Assembly (NCBI GenBank): GCA_963667465.2
Contig: CAXXDN010000002.1
Coordinates: forward strand, 1,824,001 to 1,888,000
Direction: 5' to 3'
DNA from: Dehalococcoidia bacterium
GTDB taxonomy: Bacteria; Chloroflexota; Dehalococcoidia; UBA2979
Length of the DNA: 64,000 nt
The notes under the pieces were generated by a model. It had not been told where the DNA came from. It made no database searches and saw only the letters and a list, made by a program, of their open reading frames with translations. The position numbers were made by a program, and so were the translations under genes. Shown here piece by piece: positions 55,632-64,000 of the stretch. Positions within the stretch are counted from its first letter, which is position 1. Each line of letters opens with the position of its first letter.

Positions 55632-57227
55632 CTAGCCGGCGTCCGCCGCGCGTGCCTCGGCGGGGCCGTTGACGCGGTCGAACAGCTCGCCGATCTCACC
55701 ATCCGGAGCGGGCGTCAGCAGTGTGACCAGCACGGCTGCCGGTGTCGCGATCAGGCAGCCTGGCGTGGCCGGCTGGATCGTCCAGAGGCCGCCCGCGTCC
55801 GCCTGCATCACCTCCCACAGACCGTCGAGCGCACCGATCGGCGCGCTCGCCTCGGCGCCCAGCGGCAGCAGCCACCAGAGGGTGGCGACCAGAGTGCCGA
55901 CCGTGATCGACGTGAGGGCCCCCCAGAAGTTGAAGCGCCGCCAGTAGAGGGCGAGCAGCGTCGCGGGCCCGAAGGCCGCTCCCATCCCTCCCCAGGCCAG
56001 CGAGACGAGGTTGAAGACCGAGTCCGGGTAGTAGACGGAGAAGATGGCCGCGATCGAGCCGACGACGAGCAGCATCAACCGGCCGATCCAGACGCGGGCG
56101 CCGGTCCGGAGCGCGTTGCTCAGGCGCTTCATGAGCGGCATGTCGCCCGTCGCAATGGCGGAGGCCAGCAGCAGTTGCGAATCCGCGGTACTCATGACAG
56201 CCGCGATCACCGCCGTGAGCAGCAGGCCCGCCACGACCGGATGGAAGAACTCCGTGGACGTGATCAGGTAGACGCGCTCCGGATCGGCGGTTACCTGGTC
56301 GAGCAACCCGCGCTCGCCGAGCGCCGGCACGGCCACGACGCCCAACAACAGACCGAAACCGAACATGAGGACCACCCAGGACACGCCGATGTTGCGGCTG
56401 CGGGGGATGCTCTCCTCCCGATCGATCGCCATCAGGCGGGCGAGGACGCGCTGCGAACCGAGGGCGCCCAAGCCCCAGCCAGCGCTCGAGAGGATGAACA
56501 CGAGGCCGATCACGTCGCCGGACGGATCGGTGAAGGGGTTCCAGAACCCTTCGCCGGTCGAACCGAGGCCCTGGAACGGATCTTCGGTCAGGACGATCAA
56601 CATCAGCGGCAGCAGGATGAAGCCACCCAGCATCATCAGCGACTGGAAGACATCGGTACGGGAGACGGCCAGGAAGCCGCCGATGAAGGTGTACGTGGTG
56701 ATCGCGACCAGCGTGATGAGGACGCCCAGCCAGTGGTACTCCTCGTGGCTGAAGTCGAAGACTTCCTCGAGGAGCTTCGCGCCGGCGATCAGGCCGGAGC
56801 TGACGTAGAAGACGATGAAGAAGACGGTGATGAGCGCCGCGACGGTGCGCAGCGTCCCGGTCCGGTCCTGGAAGCGCTTCTCGAAGAACTCGGGAATGGT
56901 AAGCGAGTCCTCGGTGGCGACGGTGTAGCGGCGGAGGCGCCGTCCCATCACCGTCCAGACCAGCCAGGCGCCGAGCGCGATGCCGGCCGCCGTCCAGAGG
57001 TGGATCAGCCCGGACGCGAAGGCGAGCGCGGGGAAGACCAGCATGGTCCAGCCGCTGGCCGTCGAGGATGCGGCGCTCAGCGCCGAGGTAATCGTCCCCA
57101 TCTTGCGACCGCCCAACACGTAGTCGGACATGTCGTCCATGTGCCTGGCGCGCACGACCGCGATGCCGATCAGGACCGCGAAGTAGGCGATGAAGACGAA
57201 CAACACCCAGTAGGCGAAGGTGGTCAA
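55632..57227 (-). CDS. putP: Sodium/proline (SSS family) symporter
   Basis: DYVLGGRKMG, ALSA.SS..SGW, YTFIGGFLAVSRTD, AAVMSTADSQLL, AWGGMGAAFGP. Confidence 0.88.
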   Translation of the reverse strand: MTTFAYWVLFVFIAYFAVLIGIAVVRARHMDDMSDYVLGGRKMGTITSALSAASSTASGWTMLVFPALAFASGLIHLWTAAGIALGAWLVWTVMGRRLRRYTVATEDSLTIPEFFEKRFQDRTGTLRTVAALITVFFIVFYVSSGLIAGAKLLEEVFDFSHEEYHWLGVLITLVAITTYTFIGGFLAVSRTDVFQSLMMLGGFILLPLMLIVLTEDPFQGLGSTGEGFWNPFTDPSGDVIGLVFILSSAGWGLGALGSQRVLARLMAIDREESIPRSRNIGVSWVVLMFGFGLLLGVVAVPALGERGLLDQVTADPERVYLITSTEFFHPVVAGLLLTAVIAAVMSTADSQLLLASAIATGDMPLMKRLSNALRTGARVWIGRLMLLVVGSIAAIFSVYYPDSVFNLVSLAWGGMGAAFGPATLLALYWRRFNFWGALTSITVGTLVATLWWLLPLGAEASAPIGALDGLWEVMQADAGGLWTIQPATPGCLIATPAAVLVTLLTPAPDGEIGELFDRVNGPAEARAADAG

Positions 57228-57527
57228 GCCGAGCTCCCCGGAGTGCCTCGCCCCGCGCCCGGGACCGGATACCGCAGCGCGGTCCTATGGCGATCGAGTA
57301 TCGATCGAGGCGCGTTCTCGGGCTACCCGCGGTCCTCGGCGCACCGCGGCGCGCCAGAGTTGCAAGGCCACGGAGCAGCCGCTGAGGCGCCTGATCTTCC
57401 TTCGGCATCCGATTTGTGCGATCGTTAATCGCGTGCGGACCGGGGGGACCGCCCGCAGGCGCGGTTGGGACACAACGGCTGCGCGCGCCGGCTACGAGAG
57501 CGGCGCCGCACAACCCCCGGAGACGGC

Positions 57528-58478
57528 ATGAACGCCCTTCGAGAGATCATCGATACGATGGCACGCACGATCGGCCACGCCCTGGCGTGGTGGGACCAGC
57601 AGTCGCTGACCACGCGCTGGTCGGCGCTCGGCGTCGTGCTCGGAGTCCTGCTCGGCGTCGTGATCGCCTTCACATTCTCCGGCGGCGGAGGCGGGCCCGC
57701 CGTCGTCGTCACCCCTGCCACTCCGGCCGCGACGCCCGTAGTCGCTGCTACCGCAACGCCCACGCCGACGCCATCCTCCAGCGCCGAGGCGACCGCGACA
57801 GCGGCGCCGGCCACCACGGCCACAGCGCCGCCGCCGACCCCCACCACGACAGCAACGCCGGCCGGGACGGCGGGGCCGGCAGAGACCCCCACCCCGACGG
57901 AAACACCCGAGGCGACCGCCACGCCGGCGCCGGAGGTTCCCACTTACTTCACGCTCGAGTCGCTGCACGCGGCCCTCGGCGAGGCGCCGGACGCGACGCT
58001 GGGGCGGCTGCGTATCCCGATCATCGGCGTCGACGCCGCGCTGGGGCAGCGTCTTGTGTCCGGCGGCCAGATGCAGAACCCGACGGGACCAAGCGACGTG
58101 GTCTGGTACGACCTCTCGCCCTGGGAGGGGCTCGGCGGAACGCCGGGAGCGGGCGGCAACGCCGTGTTCTCCGGGCACGTCGACTACAGCGCGAGGGTCC
58201 CGTGGGCGAACGCCCGCTACCAGGGGGACGGCATCTTCCGGAACCTGCCGCTCCTTGCCACGGGCGACGTGATCGAGGTCGAGATCGGCGGCCAGACGCT
58301 GCGCTACGCGGTGGTGTGGCAGCGCCAGGTCAAGGCCAACTCCAACACGGCGGAGATCCTCACCGCGGACGTGCCGGTGGATAGCATCACGCTGATCACC
58401 TGTGGCGGGGATTTCGACAGCACGGCGAGGAGCTACGAGGACCGTATCGTCATCCGTGCGGAGCGCATCGGGACGTAA
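57528..58478 (+). CDS. Class F sortase
   Basis: N-terminal TM, P/T/A linker, LRIPIIGVDA, PG..GNAVFSGHVD (His), ITLITCGG.F (Cys), RIVIRAE (Arg). Confidence 0.88.
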   Translation: MNALREIIDTMARTIGHALAWWDQQSLTTRWSALGVVLGVLLGVVIAFTFSGGGGGPAVVVTPATPAATPVVAATATPTPTPSSSAEATATAAPATTATAPPPTPTTTATPAGTAGPAETPTPTETPEATATPAPEVPTYFTLESLHAALGEAPDATLGRLRIPIIGVDAALGQRLVSGGQMQNPTGPSDVVWYDLSPWEGLGGTPGAGGNAVFSGHVDYSARVPWANARYQGDGIFRNLPLLATGDVIEVEIGGQTLRYAVVWQRQVKANSNTAEILTADVPVDSITLITCGGDFDSTARSYEDRIVIRAERIGT

Positions 58479-58529
58479 GGCGGACGAGCTTCCCGGCAGC
58501 GCGGCCCGTCTCGAGAAACGTGAGACAGC

Positions 58530-58620
58530 TGGCGGAGAGGGTGGGATTCGAACCCACGAGAGGGTGTTACCCTCTACCCGCTTTCCAGGCGAGCCTGATC
58601 AGCCACTCCAGCACCTCTCC
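58530..58620 (-). tRNA. tRNA-Ser(GGA)
   Basis: GGAGAGG acceptor, anticodon loop CTGGAAA, long variable arm, GGTTCGAATCC, CCA end. Confidence 0.95.
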
Positions 58621-58650
58621 GCGAGGTGAACGCTCGGGTTGCGCGCGGGC

Positions 58651-58736
58651 TGGCGGAGAGGGTGGGATTCGAACCCACGAGGCTTGCGCCTACCGCTTTT
58701 CGAGAGCGGCACCTTAAACCACTCGGACACCTCTCC
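58651..58736 (-). tRNA. tRNA-Ser(CGA)
   Basis: GGAGAGG acceptor, CCGCT-CTCGAAA-AGCGG anticodon arm, variable arm, CCA end. Confidence 0.95.
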
Positions 58737-58849
58737 GCTGACCAGTATATGGGACTGGCCCGCTAGCGCCCTCGCTGCCGATTACGCAGCGGGCCGGCCC
58801 GTTTCTGCTAACGTATTTTCGCCCGAAGCGTCGATCGAGGACGCCTGCA

Positions 58850-60256
58850 GTGATGACTTACGACTACGACATGGTGGTGATCGGTTCCGGCCCGGCCGGC
58901 CAGCACGCCGCGCTTCAGGCCGCGAAGCTCGCCAGGCGCGTGGCCGTGATCGAGCGCCTGCCCGACATTGGCGGGACCGACCTCTCCGCCGGCACCCCGG
59001 CCAAGACTCTGCGCGAGGCCGCGATGCACCTCACCGGCTACCGGGAGCGCAACGTCTACGGCAGCTCCTACGTCGTGAATCAGAACGTCTCGATGAGCGA
59101 TCTGCTGGTCCGCACGAACTACGTGATGGAGCACCAGGCGCAGATGCTGCGCGCCCAGCTCGCCAGGAACCGCCTCGAGCTGATCACCGCGGATGCCTCA
59201 TTCATCGATCGCCACAGCCTGAACCTGTCCGACGACTCAGCCGAGGCGGACCGCACGATCACCGCCGAGAAGATCGTGGTCGCGGTCGGCACGTCCTCCA
59301 CCCCGCCCCCGGTGGTCCAGCCTGACGGGCGGTTGATCCTCGTGAGCGACGACGTGCTGAGCCTCCCCGAGGTGCCTCGCACGCTCACCGTCGTCGGCGC
59401 CGGCGCGATTGGCCTGGAGCACGGCAGCACCTTCGCGGCGCTCGGTACCCGCGTGACGCTCGTCGACCGGGGGAGCCGGCTCCTGCCGTTCGCCGATGAC
59501 GAGGTGGCGGACGCGCTCGCGTACCAGCTGCGTCAGCACGACGTGACGCTTCGCCTCAACGAGAACGTGTTCGACATCGAGTACGTGGTCGGCGAGGCCG
59601 AGCCCCGCGTGCGCGTCATGCTCGAGAGCGGAAAGCAGATCGTCAGCCACGCCGTCATGTACTGCGTCGGGCGGACCGGCAACACCGCGTCGCTGAACCT
59701 CGCGGCCGCGGGCCTGGAGGCCGACGAGCGCGGACGCCTCAGCGTGGACGAGAACTACGAGACCGCGGTGGGAGGCATCTACGCCGTCGGCGGCGTGATC
59801 GGGTTCCCGGACCTCGTCTCGACCTCCTACCTGCAGGGCCGCATCGCCGCGCGCCACGCCTTCGGCCTGCCCGCCGGCGACTACTCGCGGCTCTTTCCCT
59901 ACACCGTCTACACGATCCCCGAGGTCGCGATGGTCGGCAAGACAGAGTCGGAGCTGACCGAGGAAGGCGTCGTCTACGAGGTGGGGAAGACCAGCTACCG
60001 CGAGTCCGTCCGCAGCATCGTCATGGGCGATGTCGGGGACGGCTTCCTGAAGCTGCTCTTCGAGATCGAGTCGCGGAAGCTCCTCGGCGTGCACATCATC
60101 GGCGAGGGCGCCTCGGAGATGATCCATCTCGGGCAGGCGGTCATCGCCCACGGCGGCGCCGTCGACTACCTCACGGAGTCCGCGATCGGCCACCCGACCT
60201 TCGCCCAGTGCTATGCCGCAGCCGCGCTGGACGGGATCGACCGCCTGGGGCTGTGA
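58850..60256 (+). CDS. sthA: Soluble pyridine nucleotide transhydrogenase-like flavoprotein
   Basis: VIGSGPAGQHAA, KTLREA, VGAGAIG, YTIPEVAMVG, AALDGIDRL; motif deviations noted in findings. Confidence 0.72.
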   Translation: MMTYDYDMVVIGSGPAGQHAALQAAKLARRVAVIERLPDIGGTDLSAGTPAKTLREAAMHLTGYRERNVYGSSYVVNQNVSMSDLLVRTNYVMEHQAQMLRAQLARNRLELITADASFIDRHSLNLSDDSAEADRTITAEKIVVAVGTSSTPPPVVQPDGRLILVSDDVLSLPEVPRTLTVVGAGAIGLEHGSTFAALGTRVTLVDRGSRLLPFADDEVADALAYQLRQHDVTLRLNENVFDIEYVVGEAEPRVRVMLESGKQIVSHAVMYCVGRTGNTASLNLAAAGLEADERGRLSVDENYETAVGGIYAVGGVIGFPDLVSTSYLQGRIAARHAFGLPAGDYSRLFPYTVYTIPEVAMVGKTESELTEEGVVYEVGKTSYRESVRSIVMGDVGDGFLKLLFEIESRKLLGVHIIGEGASEMIHLGQAVIAHGGAVDYLTESAIGHPTFAQCYAAAALDGIDRLGL

Positions 60257-60359
60257 GCCTCCCGCGCGGTTCGGGCCAGCCGCGGTTCGGACCAGCCGCG
60301 AGCGCCGGGGCGCGGCGAACCGGAGTAGACTCCTCGCCAGCGGAGCGAAGGAGCAACAC

Positions 60360-61439
60360 GTGAAAGCAGCAATCCTCCACGAGGTCGGCGGGCCACTGGT
60401 CGTCGAGGACGCCGAAATCGACGACCCTCGCGACGACGAGGTGCTGGTGCGAACCGCGGCCAGCGGCGTCTGCCACTCCGACTGGCACAACATCATCGGC
60501 GACTCACCGATGCCTGTCCCCGCCCTGCTGGGCCACGAGGCGGCCGGCATCGTCGAGGCCGTCGGCAGCGGCGTGACGTACGTGAAGCCGGGCGACCACG
60601 TGATCGCGCGCGGCTCGTTCTGCGGCGCCTGCGAAATGTGCCTGCGAGGGCACGCGAACCTCTGCCCCACCAAGCCCGGGCGAGATCTCGACCTCAAGCC
60701 GTGGCGGATCAGCCTGCGCGGCGAGCGGCTCAATACCTCGCAGTCGAACATCTCGAGCTTCGCCGAGCAGATGCTGCTCCACGAGAACGGCGTCGTGAAG
60801 ATCCGCGAGGACATCCCGCTCGACGTCGCGGCGCTGGTCGGCTGCGGCGTGATGACCGGCGTCGGCGCGGCGCTGCGCACGGCGGCGGTCGAGCCGGGCT
60901 CCACGGTCGCCGTGTTCGGCCTCGGCGGAATCGGGCTCTCCGTGGTCCAGGGCGCGCGCATTGCCGGCGCACTGCGCATCATCGCCGTCGACCTGATCGA
61001 CGAGAAGCTGGACGTCGCCCGCGAGTTCGGCGCGACCGACACCGTGAACGGCAAGACGCAGGATGCTGTCGAGGCGATTCGTGCGCTGACCGGCGGCGGC
61101 GTCGACTACTCGTTCGACGCGATCGGGCTGGCCAGCGTTGTGGAGCAGTCGATCCAGGTCCTGCGTCCGCGCGGGACGGCCACGATGATCGGCGTCGTAC
61201 CCGATGGCCAGAAGGTTGAGGTGGACTGGCGCATGCTGGGCGGCGAAAAGAAGCTCCAGTCCTGCAACATGGGCTCGACACGCTTCCGCATCGACATGCC
61301 GATGCTGCTCGACCTCTACAGCCAGGGCCGCCTCATGATTGACGAGATGATCACCCTCCGGGGCCCGCTGGACGACATCAACGAGATGTTCGACTCGATG
61401 GCCTCAGGTGCGGTCACGCGCCAGGTGATCATGTTCTGA
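60360..61439 (+). CDS. Zn-dependent alcohol dehydrogenase (class III-like MDR)
   Basis: GVCHSD, GHEAAG, CGACEMC..G..NLC, GCGVMTG, FGLGGIG; GTG start after AAGGAG. Confidence 0.92.
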   Translation: MKAAILHEVGGPLVVEDAEIDDPRDDEVLVRTAASGVCHSDWHNIIGDSPMPVPALLGHEAAGIVEAVGSGVTYVKPGDHVIARGSFCGACEMCLRGHANLCPTKPGRDLDLKPWRISLRGERLNTSQSNISSFAEQMLLHENGVVKIREDIPLDVAALVGCGVMTGVGAALRTAAVEPGSTVAVFGLGGIGLSVVQGARIAGALRIIAVDLIDEKLDVAREFGATDTVNGKTQDAVEAIRALTGGGVDYSFDAIGLASVVEQSIQVLRPRGTATMIGVVPDGQKVEVDWRMLGGEKKLQSCNMGSTRFRIDMPMLLDLYSQGRLMIDEMITLRGPLDDINEMFDSMASGAVTRQVIMF

Positions 61440-61460
61440 GGGGATCGGAAGGGGATCCGG

Positions 61461-61500
61461 CCCCCTCTCCCCTCGCGGGAGAGGGCGGGGGTGAGGGGGC
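61461..61500. repeat. REP-like extragenic palindrome
   Basis: CCCTCTCCC-ctcgc-GGGAGAGGG followed by GGGGGTGAGGG; single copy in this window. Confidence 0.55.
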
Positions 61501-61540
61501 GCCGCGCGCCAGCGCGGCCAGCGAGGGCAGGCGATGGCGG

Positions 61541-61575
61541 ACACGAAGAAGCGCCCCCGGCAACGGGGGCGCTTC
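61541..61575 (-). terminator. Intrinsic terminator for minus-strand surface-protein genes
   Basis: GAAGCGCCCCCG-N4-CGGGGGCGCTTC perfect stem followed by TTCGTGT. Confidence 0.65.
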
Positions 61576-61629
61576 GCAATCGGCGGGGCGCCGGGACGCC
61601 CGAGGGCGGTCCGCGGCGAGGGCCGAGGG

Positions 61630-62148
61630 TTAGCTGACGCGGCGCGTGGCGAGGCGCGCGGCGGCGAGGCCGGCGAGCGCGAGGCTGCCGAGGGCCAGCG
61701 CGAGCAGCGAGGAGCTGCCAGCGCTGCCGACGAGGCCGGCGTTGCCGGTGTCAGGCTCTGCCGGCAGATCGGGCATGGCGCCGTCGTCGGGCATGGCGGC
61801 GACGGTCAGGGTGACCTCGGAGGAGTCGCCGGCGGACCACGTTGCGGTCTGCTCGGCGGCGTCGCCGTTGACCGAGAAGCTGACGGTGGCGCCGTCCTCG
61901 GCCGAACAGTCGGCCTCGCGGACCTGGACGATCCACTCGCCAGCGGCGTTGACCGTGGTGCTGGCGCACTCGGTGCCGTCGATCCAGGCGGCGACGGTGT
62001 CGCCCTCGGCGAGGCCGGTGCCGTAGTACTGCGCCACGTCCGGGCCCTGCGCGTGTGCGGTGTGGAAGCCGAGCGCAAGCGGGCCGAGCAGCAGCGCGAG
62101 GAGCGCCGCGGCGAAGCCGAGCCTGGCCGGTCCAATCGTTCGAATCAT
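61630..62148 (-). CDS. Secreted protein with sortase-type C-terminal sorting signal
   Basis: Signal peptide (AHA-Q), small two-Cys beta domain, EPDTGNAG, hydrophobic helix, RLATRRVS tail; AAGGAG RBS. Confidence 0.8.
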   Translation of the reverse strand: MIRTIGPARLGFAAALLALLLGPLALGFHTAHAQGPDVAQYYGTGLAEGDTVAAWIDGTECASTTVNAAGEWIVQVREADCSAEDGATVSFSVNGDAAEQTATWSAGDSSEVTLTVAAMPDDGAMPDLPAEPDTGNAGLVGSAGSSSLLALALGSLALAGLAAARLATRRVS

Positions 62149-62281
62149 TCGGTTTCTCCTTGCCGGGCTTGCCGGGCTTGCTGGGGAGTGGAATACGGTT
62201 CCCCGGAACCCCGGCCGAAGCCGGGATCCCGGGGTCCGTCGCTACTCCGTTGGAGTTCTCAGACCGGAGCGCTTGCGCGCT

Positions 62282-64000
62282 CTAGCCCTCGTCCCCCATG
62301 GCGTCCATCTCACACTCGCTGAAGAAGACAGCCGTCATGCCGAAGCCATCAGCCCACGCCGCCTCGAACGGGCTATTGGCGATCGCCACTGTAACGGTGG
62401 TGCTGTACGCGGCCGGCCACGAGCCGTCGCTCGCCTGGACCCAGTAGGTCGCACCGCCGGGGCACTCCGCCTCGGCAGCCGCGGCGAGATCTGCGACCGA
62501 GCCGCCGCTGAACGAAGCGATCGACGGGGACAGGAAGCTGAGAGCGTCGCCGTCAGGCATGGCCGGCATGTCCGGCTCCTCCGGCATCGCCTCGCCGACG
62601 GTCAGCGTGATGATGTCCCTGATCGCGCCAGTATCGGTACCGGCGATGACGCGGAAGACAACTTGACCTTCGAGGCCGGCGGCGTAGCTGAACTTCGCCG
62701 TGCCGTTCTTGGTCTGCGCACCGTCCATCGTCGCCGCACCCTCGGCGAGGCCGTCGCCGGCGACCTTGATCACGTTGATGTCGGTCTCGCCGACGAGGAC
62801 ACCCTCGTCGTCACGCACCGTCACCGTGATCGTGGTGTCGCTCAGCGGGTCGACGTACTCGGGAGCATCGCTCTCGATGCTGGCCGGCCCACCGGCGACC
62901 GTGATCTCGACCGAAGCCGTGAGCTTGGCCAGCGCGAAGTTGAGGGTGTGGATGCCGCGAGTCGCGGCCTGATCCCCGGCAGTGCCCGGATCCTCGGGCG
63001 GAGCCATCACCATGACGATGCACTGGCCATCGTCGTTCGTACCGGACGATCCGAGCGATAGAGCCGGATCGTCATCATTCACCGGTGCTTCCGTAACCGG
63101 CTCGTGCACGTCACAGGCCGGGATGACGACCTTGCCGTCCTTCTCCCGGTTGGTGCCGAAGTCGGTCGTGACCTTGTTCGACTTCTCGGCGGGACCGACG
63201 ACGTCATCCTTCGCCGCCCCGGTGGGCTCCACGCCCTTGACGGGGCTGCCCCCGGAGTCGGTGACGGTCAGGACGACCGCGACCGTGCCACCCTGCTCAA
63301 CCGAGCCCTGGTCGGCCTCGGCGGACAGGTTCTTGGCGTCGCCGTAGAACGTCACGTTGACGCTCGCCGGGTCGAGGGTGGCGTGGGTGATCGTGATCGT
63401 CGCGGGGCCCTCGCGGCCACCGCCGATGAGGGTGACCGTGGCCCGACCCTCAGTGACGTCAGCCGTGGCCGGGTCGTCGACAGTGTTGGCCTGACACACC
63501 TGCGAGGGTGCGTCGCCGCCATCGCCGTCGCAGTCGAGCAGACCAAGCGTGGTGATGAAGGTGAGGGTCTCATCGACAACTTCTGCGGCCGGATCCTGGT
63601 CGTTCTTGACCGTGGCCATGATCGTGGTCTGGTCCGAATCGCCGTCGTCGTCAGCGGCCGCGACCGTGGTCGAGGTGGGCTGGGCAGTCAGCGAAGCCGG
63701 CTGCGGCAGCGTTTCGACCTCGACGGACTGGTAGGTGACGGCCGGGCCGTCCGAAGCCAGAACGTTGGTGACCTTCAGCAGGATGAATCCATCCGCCGAG
63801 TCAGAATCGACGTCGACCACGATGAAGATGTCGCCGTCGACCTTCTCGTTCGGCGTGCTCGCCGAGCTATCGGTGTCTTCGCCAACGTCACACTTGCCGT
63901 TGTCGTTACAGACGATGCTCTGTTCGCCATTGAAGCCGAAGCTGCCGCTCGCCGTACTCAGCGCATCGATCTCGACGCGCACGACGCCCGTACCGTCGGA
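62282..64000 (-). CDS. Large acidic Ig-like surface (S-layer-like) protein, 5' end outside the window
   Basis: Frame open to the window edge; D/T/V/G-rich with invasin-like motifs (TTITVTVRDDEG, VVLTVTDSGGSPV) and Cys pairs. Confidence 0.75.
   Translation of the reverse strand, partial: SDGTGVVRVEIDALSTASGSFGFNGEQSIVCNDNGKCDVGEDTDSSASTPNEKVDGDIFIVVDVDSDSADGFILLKVTNVLASDGPAVTYQSVEVETLPQPASLTAQPTSTTVAAADDDGDSDQTTIMATVKNDQDPAAEVVDETLTFITTLGLLDCDGDGGDAPSQVCQANTVDDPATADVTEGRATVTLIGGGREGPATITITHATLDPASVNVTFYGDAKNLSAEADQGSVEQGGTVAVVLTVTDSGGSPVKGVEPTGAAKDDVVGPAEKSNKVTTDFGTNREKDGKVVIPACDVHEPVTEAPVNDDDPALSLGSSGTNDDGQCIVMVMAPPEDPGTAGDQAATRGIHTLNFALAKLTASVEITVAGGPASIESDAPEYVDPLSDTTITVTVRDDEGVLVGETDINVIKVAGDGLAEGAATMDGAQTKNGTAKFSYAAGLEGQVVFRVIAGTDTGAIRDIITLTVGEAMPEEPDMPAMPDGDALSFLSPSIASFSGGSVADLAAAAEAECPGGATYWVQASDGSWPAAYSTTVTVAIANSPFEAAWADGFGMTAVFFSECEMDAMGDEG

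Noticed and set aside
57228-57430. Possible riboswitch in the putP leader (GCCGAAGGAAG...TCAGG resembles part of the glycine aptamer)
   Set aside because: Other conserved elements and spacing could not be matched by eye; an Rfam/Infernal scan is needed.
57700-57940. P/T/A-rich low-complexity stretches (also in both binding proteins)
   Set aside because: Ordinary flexible linkers without exact DNA periodicity.
58530-58736. Repeated TGGCGGAGAGGGTGGGATTCGAACCCACGAG as an att site or CRISPR repeat
   Set aside because: Both copies belong to complete tRNA-Ser genes with different anticodons.
1-64000. Frequent CGATCG/GCGATCGC and CTCGAG words as a HIP1-like repeat system
   Set aside because: Plausibly explained by GCG-ATC-GCN and CTC-GAG codon pairs; cannot be claimed without a codon-controlled count.

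Overview
High-GC bacterial chromosomal segment. It is most consistent with Chloroflexota (Dehalococcoidia/SAR202-like); this is inferred from gene content such as Tat-lipoprotein family 5 binding proteins, expanded CoA-transferase III/ACAD/LLM families and a class F sortase. The left ~35 kb is a catabolic block: five CoA-transferase III genes, PrpF plus an ICL/PEP-mutase-family lyase, a ~90%-identical tandem acyl-CoA dehydrogenase pair, MaoC/DUF35/crotonase genes, a triple-SnoaL protein and a peptide-type ABC set with no ATPase. The right part holds hpnCDE, rnhA, tRNA-Pro, gyrA-thiL-tsaE-tsaB-ndk, rsfS, mnmA, putP, a class F sortase, two tRNA-Ser, an sthA-like flavoprotein and secreted surface proteins. 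Five toxin-antitoxin loci and one MTase-nuclease pair sit between ordinary genes. The strongest observation is that two unrelated ~1.7 kb addiction cassettes (HigB/HigA-peptidase and MTase/PD-(D/E)XK nuclease) are each bracketed by an exact 35 or 45 bp duplication of the upstream gene's 3' end, with no integrase or transposase in the window. A second candidate system is the class F sortase with two PxT/SGx-TM-basic-tail substrates. All functional calls come from motif recognition by eye; no database searches were run.
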